Shown piece by piece: positions 49,603 to 61,670 of a stretch of DNA of 64,000 nt. The notes beneath the pieces were generated by a model. That model was not told the DNA's origin. It ran no database searches and worked only from the letters and a program-made list of their open reading frames with translations. Source of the stretch: Pristiophorus japonicus. Taxonomy: Eukaryota. Location of the stretch: positions 79,112,001-79,176,000 of the forward strand of contig NC_091997.1 of the NCBI RefSeq assembly GCF_044704955.1, written 5' to 3'. A program made the translations under genes and the position numbers. Position 1 is the first letter of the stretch; the number at the start of each line of letters is the position of its first letter.

Positions 49603-49904
49603 AGCGCAGAAGGATGTCGTTCAGCCCGTCGTTCCTGTGCCGGCTCTTTGCAAGGGCATATTCCGTTTGTTCATGCGTTGGTAAGCTGCAGAGCAAGCAG
49701 GCGCCCTGCGGCACTCCCTCACCCACGGAGTTCCCGAGCGCCGAGCACTCACTGGCGCTCTGTCCGCCCACCGCGGCGATCGAGCAAGGTGACTTCTCTG
49801 TCCCATGGAGCTGATAACACGCTGCTGCTTGCTGGCCGGCGGGAGCAGCCCCTCATGTCCTCCTGCATGCTGCATGGATGGCCTTTATCACAAGAGGATA
49901 AGAA

Positions 49905-50620
49905 TAAAGACGTCTTACTGCAATTATATAGGGCCCTGGTGAGACCGCACCTGGAGTGTTGGGAACAGTTTTGGTCTCCTTACCCCAGGAAGGATATACT
50001 TGCCATAGAGGGAGTGCAATGAAGGTTCACCAGACTGATTCCTGGGATGGGGGGGGATTGTCCTATGAGAAGAGATTGAGTAGACTGGGCCTATATTCTC
50101 TAGTGTTTAGAAGAATGAGAGGTGATCTCATAGAAACATACAAAATTCTTACAGGGCTTGATAGGGTAGATGCAGGGAGGCTGTTTCTTCTGGCTGAGTA
50201 GTCTAGAACCAGGGGTCACACAGTCTCAGAATAAGTGGTCGGCCATTGAAACAAAGAAACATAGAAATTTACAGCGCAGAAGGAGGCCATTTCGGCTCAT
50301 CGTGTCCGCGCTGGCCGACAAAGAGCCGCACGGCCCTCGGTCAATAGCCCTGAAGGTTGAGGACTGAGATGAGGAGAAATTTCTTCATTCAGAGGGTGGT
50401 GAATCTTTGGAATTCTCTACCCCAGAGGGCTGTGGAGGCTCAGTCATTGAGTATATTCAAGACAGAGATCGATAGATTTTTGGATATTAAGGGAATCAAG
50501 GGATATGGGAATAGGGCAGGAAAGTGGAGTTGAGGTCGAAGATCAGCCATGATCTTATTGAATGGCGAAGCAGGCTCGAGGGGCCGAATGGCTGACTCCT
50601 GCTCCTAATTCTTAATGTTC
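49905..50620 (+). mobile_element. CR1 3' fragment with a small nested CR1 tail at about 50250-50360
   Basis: LLQLYRALVRPHLE...; CR1 tail. Confidence 0.85.
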
Positions 50621-51211
50621 TCCCCTTGACCCGACGCTTGGTGGGTCTTTTTCCGGCGATGCTTCTGCCAGACTCTCTCACCGCGGGGAAGTCACATGAC
50701 GCAACATCCCTGAATCCAATCAGAGTTGGCAACACTCCATCTGCCCGCAAACGGGTTGGGGGAGGGGACTATGGTTTCACGTCTCATTGGAAAGACTTAT
50801 AACAATCCAGCACTGCCTCTGGTCTGCACTAAATTGTTAGCCTAGATGAAGCGCTCAAGTCATGGTTTGAACTTTCTGACTTAGAGTTCTAGCCAAGATG
50901 ACACACATGAACAGGAGGAGGCCATTCAGTTCCTCGGGGCAACTTCGCCATTCAAACAGTTCAGGGCTGATCTGTACCTCAACTCCATGTTCCTTTGCTC
51001 CGTATCCCTTGATATCCTTGCATAACAAAAAAATTGTCTCAATCTTGAAATCTCCAATTGACACACAAAATCCACTGGGGGGGCGAGAGTTCCAGTTTCC
51101 TCCTACCCTTTTTGTGAAAAAATGGTTCACGCAATGGAGGAGCCGGAGAGCTCAAAATCCTTTTTAAAAACAACCGTCCATTGGTATTGGTCATATTTTG
51201 TTTTAATGTAA

Positions 51212-51665
51212 TGTCAGCCGTGGCTCAGTGGGCAGCACCCTCGCCTCTGAATCAGAAGGTTGTGGGTTCAAGACCCACTCCAGAGACTTGAGCACATAAA
51301 TCTAGGCTGACACTCCAGTGCAGTACCGATGGAGCGCTGCACTGTTGGAGGTGCTGTCTTTCAGATCAGATGCTAAATCAAGGCCCTGTCTGCTCTCTCA
51401 GCTGGATATAAAAGATCCCATGGCACTATTTGGAAGAAAAGCGAGTGAGTTCTCGCTGCCCAATATTTATCCCTTGATCAGCATAAAACAGATCATCTTG
51501 TCATTGTCACATTGCTGTTTGTGGGAGCTTGCTGTGCGCAAATTAGCTGCTGCATTTCCTACATTACAACAGTGAATATACTTCAAAAAGTTATTCATTG
51601 GCTGTAAAGCGCTTCGGGATATCCTGTGGTTGTGAAAGGCGCTATATAAATGCAAGTCTTTCTTT
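51212..51665 (+). mobile_element. Full-length Deu-domain SINE
   Basis: A and B boxes, core and tail. Confidence 0.88.
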
Positions 51666-51769
51666 TAAGTACAGTACTGCATTGGCTGTAAATCACTTTG
51701 GGACGTCCAGTGGTCGTGAAGGGCGCTATATAAAGACAAACCTTTGCTTTATTTCCTTTTTATACTCTG

Positions 51770-51827
51770 TCCCTTTAAGACTGAAGGGACTACAAGTCCC
51801 AGATTGCATCACTGAGAAACGGTGAGG
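51770..51827 (+). promoter_or_regulatory. Candidate NEIL1 promoter and first-exon end with a ZNF143/SBS-type motif
   Basis: ACTACAAGTCCCAGATTGCA at 51789-51808; CCCTTTAAG at 51771; donor-like ACG|GTGAGG at 51822. Confidence 0.55.
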
Positions 51828-52287
51828 AAGTGAAACCCACATTGGAAGAGGCACTGATTCTGTTCGGGGGTTTGTTCAGACTAAAAGTTGCATTGCAAAC
51901 TCATTTGATGCAACTGCACCGGTCTTTTCTCACGCGTGTGTGCTTTGGTCGGTATCATTGTGGTCTTGTTGCATTCTTTGCGCTGTTTTGCAACAAAGTT
52001 GCTCACGTGTCGGACCCGACAGGCATTTCATTGCAAAGGCTGGGAAATTCCCTGGCTAGAAAGGGAGGTCTATATAACTTCATCTTCCAGCAGCCGTGCT
52101 TAATCCAACCACTTTTACTTGCTGCACTGTTGTGAAGCAACACTGCATATGTGACAGTGTCACTATCCAGCCTACCCCGAGCGAAGGGTTAGTGTGTGTG
52201 TGAGTTAGGTTCCTGTCGCTTTGTTGGACAGCTTATGCACATCGTAATGACCATATTTACTATATACCAGCCTCGATTTAAGGTGAC

Positions 52288-52720
52288 ACCTGAGTCAGAA
52301 GGTTGTGGGTTCAAGTCTCACTCTAGAGATTTGAGCACAAAAATCTAGGCTGACACTCCCATTGCAGTACTGAGGGAGCGCTGCACTGTCGGAGGTGCTG
52401 TCTTTCGGATGAGACGTTAAACCGAGGCTCCGTCTGCTCTTATCAGGTGGACGTAAAAGATCCCATGGCCACTATTTCGAAGAAGAGCAGGGGGAGTTAT
52501 CCCCGGTGTCCTGGCCAATATTTATCCCTCAACCAACATCGCTAAAACAGATTATCTGGTCATTATCATATTGCTGTTTGTGGGAGCTTGCTGTGCGCAT
52601 GTTGGCTGCTGTGTTTCCCACATTACAACAGTGACTACACTCCAGAAGTACTTCATTGGCTGTAAAGCACTTTGAGAAGTCCGGTGGTCATGACAGGTGC
52701 TATACAAATGCAAGTCTTTT
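52288..52720 (+). mobile_element. Deu-domain SINE
   Basis: B box, core and tail. Confidence 0.85.
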
Positions 52721-53009
52721 TATTGCAACAGTGGCTACTCTTCAAAAAGTAATTCATTGATTGTAAAGCGCTTTGTGATATCCTGAAGCCGTGAAAGATA
52801 CTATACAAATGAAAGTCTTTACTGGTGTAGATTTTCAACTTGGGCTTAAAGGTTTAGATGTGGATTAGATGCTAATTATTGAGACCGTCCAGATTTAATT
52901 TCCATTGATTTTTCTAGGCATAAATGGAATGAATTGCCAGAGTTCAGGAGCTGAATGAGGCCTGTGGCTACATGTGAAACATTGCTGTATAATCCATACA
53001 TCTTTTCTT

Positions 53010-53926
53010 GGTTGTCTTATGAAGAAAGGATGAGCGGGTTGGGCCTATACTCATTGGCGTTTAGAAGAATGAGAGATGATCTTGTTGAAACGTGTAAGAT
53101 TCTGAGGGGGCTTGACAGGGTAGATGCAGAGAGGATGTTTCCCTCGTGGGGGAATCAAGAATTAGGGGGCATAATCTCAGAATAATGGGTCGCCCATTTA
53201 AAATGGAGATGAGGAGGAATTTCTTCTCGCAGAGGGTGGTGAATCTGTGGAATTTTCTGCCCCAGAGAGCTGTGGAGGCTGGGTCATTGAATATATTCAA
53301 GGTGGAGATAGACAGATTTTTGAACGATAAGCGAATTAAGGGTTATGGGGAGCGGGTAGGGAAGTGGAGCTGAGGGCAAGATCAGATCAGCCATGATCTT
53401 ATTGAATGGCGGAGCAGGCTCAAGGGGCCAAATGGCCTACTCCTGATCCTATTTCTTCTGTTCTTATGATGTATAATGATGTATGATGATATATTGAGTA
53501 GACTGGGTCTTTACTCGTTGGAGTTCAGAAGGATGAGGGGTGATCTTATAGAAACATTTAAAATAATGAAAGGGATAGACAAGATAGAGGCAGAGAGGTT
53601 GTTTCCACTGGTAGGGGAGACTAGAACTAGGGGGCACAGCCTCAAAATACGGGGGAGACAATTTAAAACCAAGTTGAGAAGGAATTTCTTCTCCCAGAGG
53701 GTTGTGAATCTGTGGAATTCTCTGCCCAAGGAAACAGTTGAGGCTAGCTCATTGAATGTATTCAAATCACAGATTTTTAACCAATAAGGGAATTAAGGGT
53801 TATGGGGAGCGGGCGGGTAAATGGAGCTGAGTCCACGGCCAGATCTGCCATGATCTTGTTGAATGGCGGAGCAGGCTCGAGGGGCTAGATGGCCTACTCC
53901 TGTTCCTAATTCTTATGTTCTTATGT
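53010..53926 (+). mobile_element. Two tandem CR1 3' fragments
   Basis: Tails at about 53467 and 53926. Confidence 0.87.
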
Positions 53927-54549
53927 TAACAACTACTTGCATTTGTATAGCACCTTTAACGTAGAAAGCGTTGCTTGATCTCCAACTGTTAATGGTATCA
54001 GTTGCACAAACTTGCACTATAAGGTAACGATTTGGGGCTCCTGTTACTGTGAAGGGCTGCACTGTATTGATATTTCCGTGTTATATTGTGACATTAGGCA
54101 GGCAGTGTTTTTTGGATAGTGTATCATGCATGTTGTATGCAACAAGACTGAGTACTCATAGAGGGACTGTTTACCAAGTATATATATTTTATTCATTCAT
54201 GGGATGTGCGTGTCGCTGGCAAGGCCAGCATTTATTGCCCATCCCTAATTGCCCTTCAAGAAGGAGGTGATGAGCTGCCGCCTTGAACCGCAGAGGGACA
54301 GTTAAGAGTCAGCCACATTGCTTTGGGTCTGGAGTCACACATAGGCCAGACCGGGTAAGGGCGGAAGATTTCCTTCCCTAAATTACATTAGTGAACCAGA
54401 TGGGTTTTTACGACGATCTAGCTGTTTCATGGTCACCATTACTGATACTAGCTTTGTTAATTCCAGATTTATTTAATTAACTGAATTTAAATTCCCCTCA
54501 GCTGCCGTTGTAGGATTTGAACTTGTATCCCTGGATCATTAGTGCAGGT

Positions 54550-55120
54550 CATAGAATCATAGAAATTTACAGCAGGGAAGGAGAACATTTCGCCCATCGT
54601 GTGCGTGCCGGCCGACAAAGAGCTATCCAGCCTAATCCCACTTTCCAGCTCTAGGTCCGTAGCCCTGCAGGTTACGGCACTTCAAGTGCACATCCAAGTA
54701 CTTTTTAAATGTGGTGAGGGTTTCTGCCTCTACCACCCTTTCAGGCAGTGAGTTCCACACCCCCACCACCCTCTGGGTGAAGTCATTTCCCCTCAAATCC
54801 CCTCTAGACCTCCTACCAATTACTTTAAATCTATGCCCCCTGGTTGTTGACCCCTCTGCTAAGTCAAATAGGTCCTTCCTATCCATTCTATCTCGACCTC
54901 TCATAATTTTATACACCTCAATGAGGTCTCCTCTCAGCCTCTTCTGTTCCAAAGAAAACAAACCCAACCTATCCAATCTTTCCTCATAGCTAAAATTCTC
55001 CAGTCCAGGCAACATCCTGGTAAATCTCCTCTGTACCCTCTCTCGTGCCATCACATCTTTCCTGTAATGTGGTGACCAGAACTGCACACAGTCCTCTAGC
55101 TGTGGCCTAACTAGTGTTTT
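54550..55120 (-). mobile_element. CR1 3' fragment (short 3' UTR variant)
   Basis: ORF 54632..55180 LVRPQLEDCVQFWSP...WNSLPERVV. Confidence 0.88.
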
Positions 55121-55239
55121 AAGCCTCTGGATTACTAGCCCAGTAACAACCACTATGCTACCGTACCCACTGTGTGACAAATGGGCAGCATTTGAGATAT
55201 TTAGAGGCTTTTCTGTCCGTGAGTAACCAGGGTAAATTG

Positions 55240-55895
55240 TGTCAGAGACCAGAGAAGCTGGGATTGTGGTCTTCAGAGCAGAGAAGGTTAAGAGGAGATT
55301 TAATCAAGGTGTTCAGTGTTGGAATAGATCAGAAGAAACGGTTTCCACTGCCAGAAGCCTCGGCAACCAGAGGAGGCGGATTTAAAATAATTGGCAAAGG
55401 AACCAGGAGGGAAATTAGCTGTGATCTGGAATTCAGTGCCTGAAACATAGAAACATAGAAAATAGGTGCAGGAGCAGGCCATTCAGCCCTTCTAGCCTGC
55501 ACCGCCATTCAATGAGTTCATGGCTGAACATGAAACTTCAGTACCCCCTTCCTGCTTTCTCGCCATAACCCTTGATCCCCCGAGTAGTAAGGACTTCATC
55601 TAACTCCCTTTTGAATATATTTAGTGAATTGGCCTCAACTACTTTCTGTGGTAGAGAATTCCACAGGTTCACCACTCTCTGGGTGAAGAAGTTTCTCCTC
55701 ATCTCGGAAGGTGTGGTGGGAGCAGATTCAATTGTAACATTCAAAAGGGAGTTGGTTAAATACTTGAAAAGGAGACATTTGCAGGACTATGGGGAATGAG
55801 CAAGGGAGAGTGCAACTAATTGGATAGCTCTTTCAAAGAGCTGGCACGGGCACGATGGGCCGAATGGCCTCCTTCTGTGCTGCAAGATTCTGTGA
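55240..55895. mobile_element. Old plus-strand CR1 fragment with a young minus-strand CR1 3' end inserted at about 55443-55707
   Basis: The insert is near-identical to 2025-2286. Confidence 0.8.
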
Positions 55896-56027
55896 TCAGG
55901 GAATTACATGCAGGGCAGCACGCCTGGGATTTCCCGGCCAGCCAGTGTGGCTTTTCGCTGGCCGTGTGGCTTTGGAAAATTGGCTCCATTGTTTCAACCG
56001 CAGTCCTGCACTGTAAAAATAAAGAAA

Positions 56028-56467
56028 AACTTGCATTTATATAGCGCCTTTCACAACCACCGGACGTCTCAAAGCACTTTACAAGCAATTTGGAGTGTAG
56101 TCACTGTTGTAATGTGGGAAACACGGCAACCAATTTGCGCACAGCAAGCAGCAATGTGATAATGACCAGATAATCTGTTTCTGTTCTGTTGATTGCGGGA
56201 TAAATATTGGCCCCAGCACACCGGGGATAACTCCCCTGATCTTTTTCAAAATAGTGCCCTGGGATCTTTTACATCCACCTGAGAGAGCAGACGGGGCCTC
56301 GGTTTAACATCTCCGAAAGACGGCACCTCCGGCAGTGCGGCGCTCCCTCAGCACTGCACTGAAGTGTCGGCCTAGATTTATGTGCTCAAATCCCTGGAGT
56401 GGGACTTGAATCCACAACCTTCTGACCCAGAGGCGAGAGAGTGCTACCCACTGAGCCACAGTTGACA
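56028..56467 (-). mobile_element. Full-length Deu-domain SINE
   Basis: Reverse-complement copy. Confidence 0.85.
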
Positions 56468-57257
56468 CATATAGCTTGTAATCCTCAACCACTCAGCGAC
56501 ACAGCCCACGCCCAAACAAGCTTTGCATGTAACTCGAATGCATCTTGAGAATCAAAAATATGGACCTGCAGTGACTGAAACTAGGTTTAAATATATCTAA
56601 TGGAAAATTTAATCATCTTTTAAGAAACCTCAGAAGGCTGAGACATCTGGCAAATGTTGCGAATTGAGTGGGGGTTCCAGCAATGAAGGGTCTTGCACCT
56701 TTCCTCATGTTCCTATGGCATTCTTTGTAAAATCCAGTTATTAAGTTTGCATTTTGATGCGTTTCAGTTATCTTTGTGCTAATTTTACTGGCAGCTCAGT
56801 GACATAGAGCAGTACGTTTCCCACATTACAACAGCGACCACACTCCAAAAGTACTTCATTGGCTGTAAAGCGCTTTGAGACGTCCGGCAGTCGTGATAGG
56901 CGCTATACAAATGCAAGTATTTATTTTTTACCTTGCACTTTAAAAAGATATTCTGTGTAGGTATTTGCCCCTGCCTCATCCGTTGAAACCCTCATCCATG
57001 CCTCATCTGCTAAATAACAGAGCATCTGGTCATTGTCACATTGCTGTTTGTGGGAGCTTGCTGTGCGCAAATTGACAGCCGCGTTTCCCACATGACAACA
57101 GTGACCACACGTCAAAAATTACTCAATTGTCTGCAAAGCGCTTTGCGGCATCCAGTGCTTGTGAAAGGCGCTATATAAATATTTCTTTTTTTATATATGG
57201 CCTTCTGTCCTGATCACTGTTTTTTCTTTAAATTATTCATCTAGATTGTCTTCTAAA

Positions 57258-57718
57258 ATGCCTGAAGGACCCGAACTTCACTTGGCAAGCCGGTTTGTTA
57301 ACCGAGTCTGCAGTGGCGCCGTGTTTTCAGGCAAAGTGGAAAAGTCGGCAGTGAGCAAAAACTGCGAGGTGCCTTTTGAGTGCGACGCTTACGTCATCTC
57401 CGCCGCCTCGCGAGGGAAAGAGGTCAAGCTGACTCTCACCCCCATCAAGGAGGAGGACGTCAAGCCACCTGCGCTGGAGCGCACAAAGGGATTGCCCGGT
57501 CCCATGGACATCGTCTTCCGCTTCGGGATGTCGGGGTCCTTCAAACTGACGAGCGAGGAAGAGGTCCCCAAACACGCCCATCTCAAGTTCTTCACCAACG
57601 GGAGGCCCAGGCAGGTGCTGTGCTTTGTTGATGCGAGGCGGTTCGGGAGCTGGGAGGTCCACGGGACCTGGCAGCTGGACAGAGGGCCTTGTGTGATGTT
57701 TGAATATGAAAAGTTCAG
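57258..57718 (+). CDS. NEIL1: NEIL1 (endonuclease VIII-like 1 DNA glycosylase), first coding exon
   Basis: MPEGPELHLAS catalytic N-terminus, SRGKE, FRFGMSGSF, PKHAHL, LCFVD.RRFG; acceptor ctag ending at 57244, donor gtatga at 57719. Confidence 0.96.
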
Positions 57719-57802
57719 GTATGATTGTGTTTCTTTTCTCTCCTAATTTCTGTGAGAGGGGGAGGCTGGCCAAAGGCTGTCCTTGTCCATTTGCCCTATC
57801 CT

Positions 57803-58824
57803 CATCAACGTAGGCAGTCCCTCGAAATCGAGGAAGACTTGCTTCCATTCTAAAAGTGAGTTCTCAGGTGGCTGTACAGTCCAAGACGAGAACCACAGTC
57901 CCTGTCACAGGTGGGACAGATAGTTGTTGAAGGAAAGGGTGGGTGGGGAATCTGGTTTGCCGCACGCTCCTTCCGCTGCCTGCGCTTGTTTTCTGCATGC
58001 TCTCGGCGACGAGACATAGAAACATAGAAAATAGGTGCAGGAGTAGGCCATTCGGCCCTTCAAGCCTGCCCCACCATTCAACAAGATCATGGCTGATCAC
58101 CCACCCCAGCACTCCCCCCCCCCCCCCCCCCACCCACAACCCCCCCCCCAATCCCCCCAGCCGCAAGGACCACATCCAACTCCCTCCCGAACACATCCAA
58201 TGAACTGGCATCAACAACTCTCCGCGGCAGGGAACCCCACGGGCCAACAACTCCCTGAGTGAAAAAGTCTCTCCCCATCCCAGCCCCAAACAGCCCACCC
58301 CCCCACCCAACACCGGAAACACCCCCCCCCCGCACCCAACCCGCCCCGTCCCGTCAGAATCCTTCCCAAATGCCGAATACCCCCGGATGTCGAGCCCCCA
58401 GCCCCGGCCACCCCGGAGCCACACCCCCGCGACGCCAACCACACCACATCCACCAACCGCCATCTACGCAGTCAACCCGTCCACCCCCACTCCGAATACT
58501 CCCCGCACCGAGGCACAGAAACTCGAGGTGTTCAGCGCCCTCCCGGATGCTCTTCCTCCACTGAGGGCGGTCTTTGGCCAGGGACTCCCAGGTGTCGGTG
58601 GGGATGTTGCATTCTATCAAGGAGGCTTTGAGGGTGTCCTTGAAACGTTCCCTCTGCCCACCTTCCGAGTTCCGAGTAGAGCGCTTGCTTTGGGAGTCTC
58701 ATGTCTGGCATGCGGACGATGTGGCCCACCCAGCGGAGCTGGTCGAGTGTGGTCAGTGCTTCGATGCTGGGGATGTTGGCCTGGCCGAGAACGCTAACGT
58801 TGGTGCGTCTGTCCTCCCAGGGGA
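57803..58824 (-). mobile_element. RTE 3' fragment split by a CR1 insertion
   Basis: CGACGAGAC|...|ACTCGAGGTG halves are contiguous in the RTE consensus. Confidence 0.87.
58014..58519 (-). mobile_element. Internally deleted, A-to-G hypermutated CR1 copy
   Basis: Intact CR1 tail; ungapped alignment to 40461-40600 dominated by A>G changes; degenerate APE endonuclease N-terminus. Confidence 0.88.
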
Positions 58825-59218
58825 CCTATCCTATGGTCCAGCTGAACAGACGTGATTATCTGAGCCGCAACCTTCTCTGACCTAGTTCTGATCCTAGTGC
58901 GACAACTTGAGTCTTGCTAGCTTTGAGAGGGAATGCTTCACTCCTGTGCGTTGTATAGCAGCCCTGTCGAGTATTCTGTATTCGACCAAAGGTAAGTGAA
59001 TTGTCTGATTGCCTTGGATTGGGAGCCTGGTACTCGTATCTAACTTGTGTGGGGCAGTACTTTGAGTTTACAGTGCCCTGCTGAACAGAAACCTAACATC
59101 ATAAACTGTAATAGGTCCAGTATATCACTGAGCGCATTCCTTCCAATATTAGCATATTGCACTGTCCTCCCACACGCAGGAACTTTGTATTTAAAAGAAA
59201 GAAATGACTTGGCACAGA

Positions 59219-59660
59219 GTGTCAGCCGTGGCTCAGTGGGCAGCACACTCGCCTCTGAGTCAGAAGGTTGTGGGGTCAAGTCCCACTCCAGGGACTTGAG
59301 CACATAAATCTAGGCTGACACTCCCAGTGCAGTGCTGAGGGAGTGCTGCGCTGTCGGAGGTGCCGCCTTTTGAATGAGCCATTAAACCGAGGTGGATGTT
59401 AAAGAACCCAGGGCACTATTTCAAAGACGAGCAGGGGAGTTCTCCTTGGTGTCCTGGCCTAAAATTCATCCCTCAACCAACATCGCTAATATCAGACTTT
59501 CTGGCCGTTTACATTGCTGTGAGTGGGAGCTTGCTGAGAGCAAATTGGCTGTCTCATTTCCTACATTACAACAGTGACCGCACTTTCAAAATGTTCTCAA
59601 TTGGCTGTAAAGCGTCTTGCGATGTGTTAAGAGTGCTATATAAATGCAAGTCCTTCTTTC
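59219..59660 (+). mobile_element. Deu-domain SINE
   Basis: A and B boxes, core and tail. Confidence 0.85.
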
Positions 59661-59814
59661 GTGGCAATTATTCCCATTTCCCTCCTCTCCTAAAGCATTG
59701 ACTCTTTGTGGGGCTACAGTTACAGGCAGAGTTTACATGGGTGCTGGCCATTTAGTCAAACGCAAGTCTTGACAGTGACTCCTGCTCCTAATTTTTATGT
59801 TCTTATATTCTAAT

Positions 59815-60110
59815 TAGGGGGCACAGGATAAGGGGTGGGCCATTTAAAGCAGAGGTGAGGAGCAATTTCTTCACTCAGAGGGTGGTGAATCTTTGGAATT
59901 CTCTGCCCCGGAGGGCTGTGGATGCTGAGTCTCTGAATATATTCAAAGCAGAGATCGATAGATTTTTGAAGGAGTCTCGGGAAATCAAGGGATCTGGAGA
60001 TAGGGCGGGAAAATGGAGTTGAGGTCGAAGATCAGCCATGATCTTATTCAATGGCGGGGCAGGCTCAAGGGGCCGTAGGACCTACTCCTGCTTCTGTTTC
60101 TTGTGTTCTG
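59815..60110 (+). mobile_element. CR1 3' fragment
   Basis: NFFTQRVVNLWNSLP region and tail. Confidence 0.82.
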
Positions 60111-61026
60111 AAGAATGTTGGCAGACTGTTACCACACACGTGTGCCATTCCACCAGGAGTTGCTGGATAATGATCAAGAATAGGGATCCCAGCCCATTGT
60201 CTCCTCATTAGGGCGAGGGTGCTGAGGCTAATTGTGCAACTGTCCAGACTGAGATCAACCAACTCGGCACAATCCAGAGATTGAAGCTGGGGTCATCAGG
60301 GCCAAATGGCGCAGCTACTGGCTGGCTAGGCCTAGGGATGGGGATGGGATGGGGACGAGGTCAAAGGAGAGCTCTGTGCACAGCTTTATTTTTGAACTCG
60401 AGAGGAGCATCAACCCTGAGCATGGACCAATTGGGCCGAATGGCCGGTTCCTGTGTATTATGTACAATATTGGCGGACGAGCCCCTTTCTTGCAGGAACT
60501 AGGCTGAGCGTTTGGTCTTTGGCCAATATTTATCCCTCAATCACCATAACACAAAACAGATTATCTGGTGATTCTCACATTGCTGTTTGTGGGAGCTTGC
60601 TGTGCGTAAATTGGCTGCCGCGTTTCCCACATTACAACAGTGACTACACTTCAAAAGTACCTCGTTGGCTGTAAAGCGCTTTGAGACGTCCGATGGTTGT
60701 GAAAGGCGATATATAAATCCAAGTCTTTTTAATCTAGCCTTCAACTCGAGATCTCTACACTTTGAGGCTCTTTTCTTTGTCTATCCATTAATCCACCCTG
60801 TGCCAAGGAGGATTGAAAGCTGCACAGGCCCGAAAGAGATCCCACCAATCTTGTCTGTTGTGGGCTCCAAGTCTACTGATTCAGATCTGTTTTTTCTCAA
60901 GAGCAATGTCTGATGTTGTCAAACCAAAATTTCCGTGGACATCCCATTCTGGAATTGACCGTCCACAATAGTCCATGTGAGCTCTCCATCACTGGCATAA
61001 ACTGCATAGCCAAACAACATTTGTTG

Positions 61027-61670
61027 GAAGGCCAATGGTATCTTGGCCTTTATTGCAAAGGGGATAGAGTATAAAAGCAGAGAAGTCTAGCTACAGTTAT
61101 ACAAGGTATTGGTGAGGCCACACCTGGAATACTGCGTGCAGTTTTGGTTTCCATATTTACGAAAGGATATACTTGCTTTGGAGGCAGTTCAGAGAAGGTT
61201 CACTCGGTTGATTCCGGTGATGAGGGGGTTGACTTATGAGGAAAGGTTGAGTAGTGGGGCTTCTACTCATTGGAATTCAGAAGAATGAGAGATGATCTTA
61301 TCGAAACTTATAAGATAATGAGGGGGCTTGACAAGGTGGATGCAGAGAGGATGTTTCCACTGATGGGGGGAGACTAGAACTAGAGGGCATGATCTTAGAA
61401 TAAGGGGCCGTCCATTTAAAACAGAGATGAGGAGAAATTTCTTCTATCGGAGGGTTATAAATCTGTAGAATTCGCTGCCTCAGAGAGCTGTGGAAACTGG
61501 GACATTGAATACATTTAAGACAGAAATAGACAGTTTCTTAACCGATAAGGGACTAAGCGGTTATGGGGAGCAGGCAGGGAAGTGGATCTGAGTCCATGAT
61601 CATATTAAATGGCGGAGCAGGCTCGAGGGGCAGTATGGCCTACTCCTGCTCCTATTTCTTATGTTCTTAT
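61027..61670 (+). mobile_element. CR1 3' fragment
   Basis: Same subfamily as 12788-13395 and 33860-35116. Confidence 0.87.

Noticed and set aside
57864-58564. Gly-rich and Pro-rich ORFs as a novel gene or low-complexity repeat
   Set aside because: Explained by A>G-converted CR1 sequence
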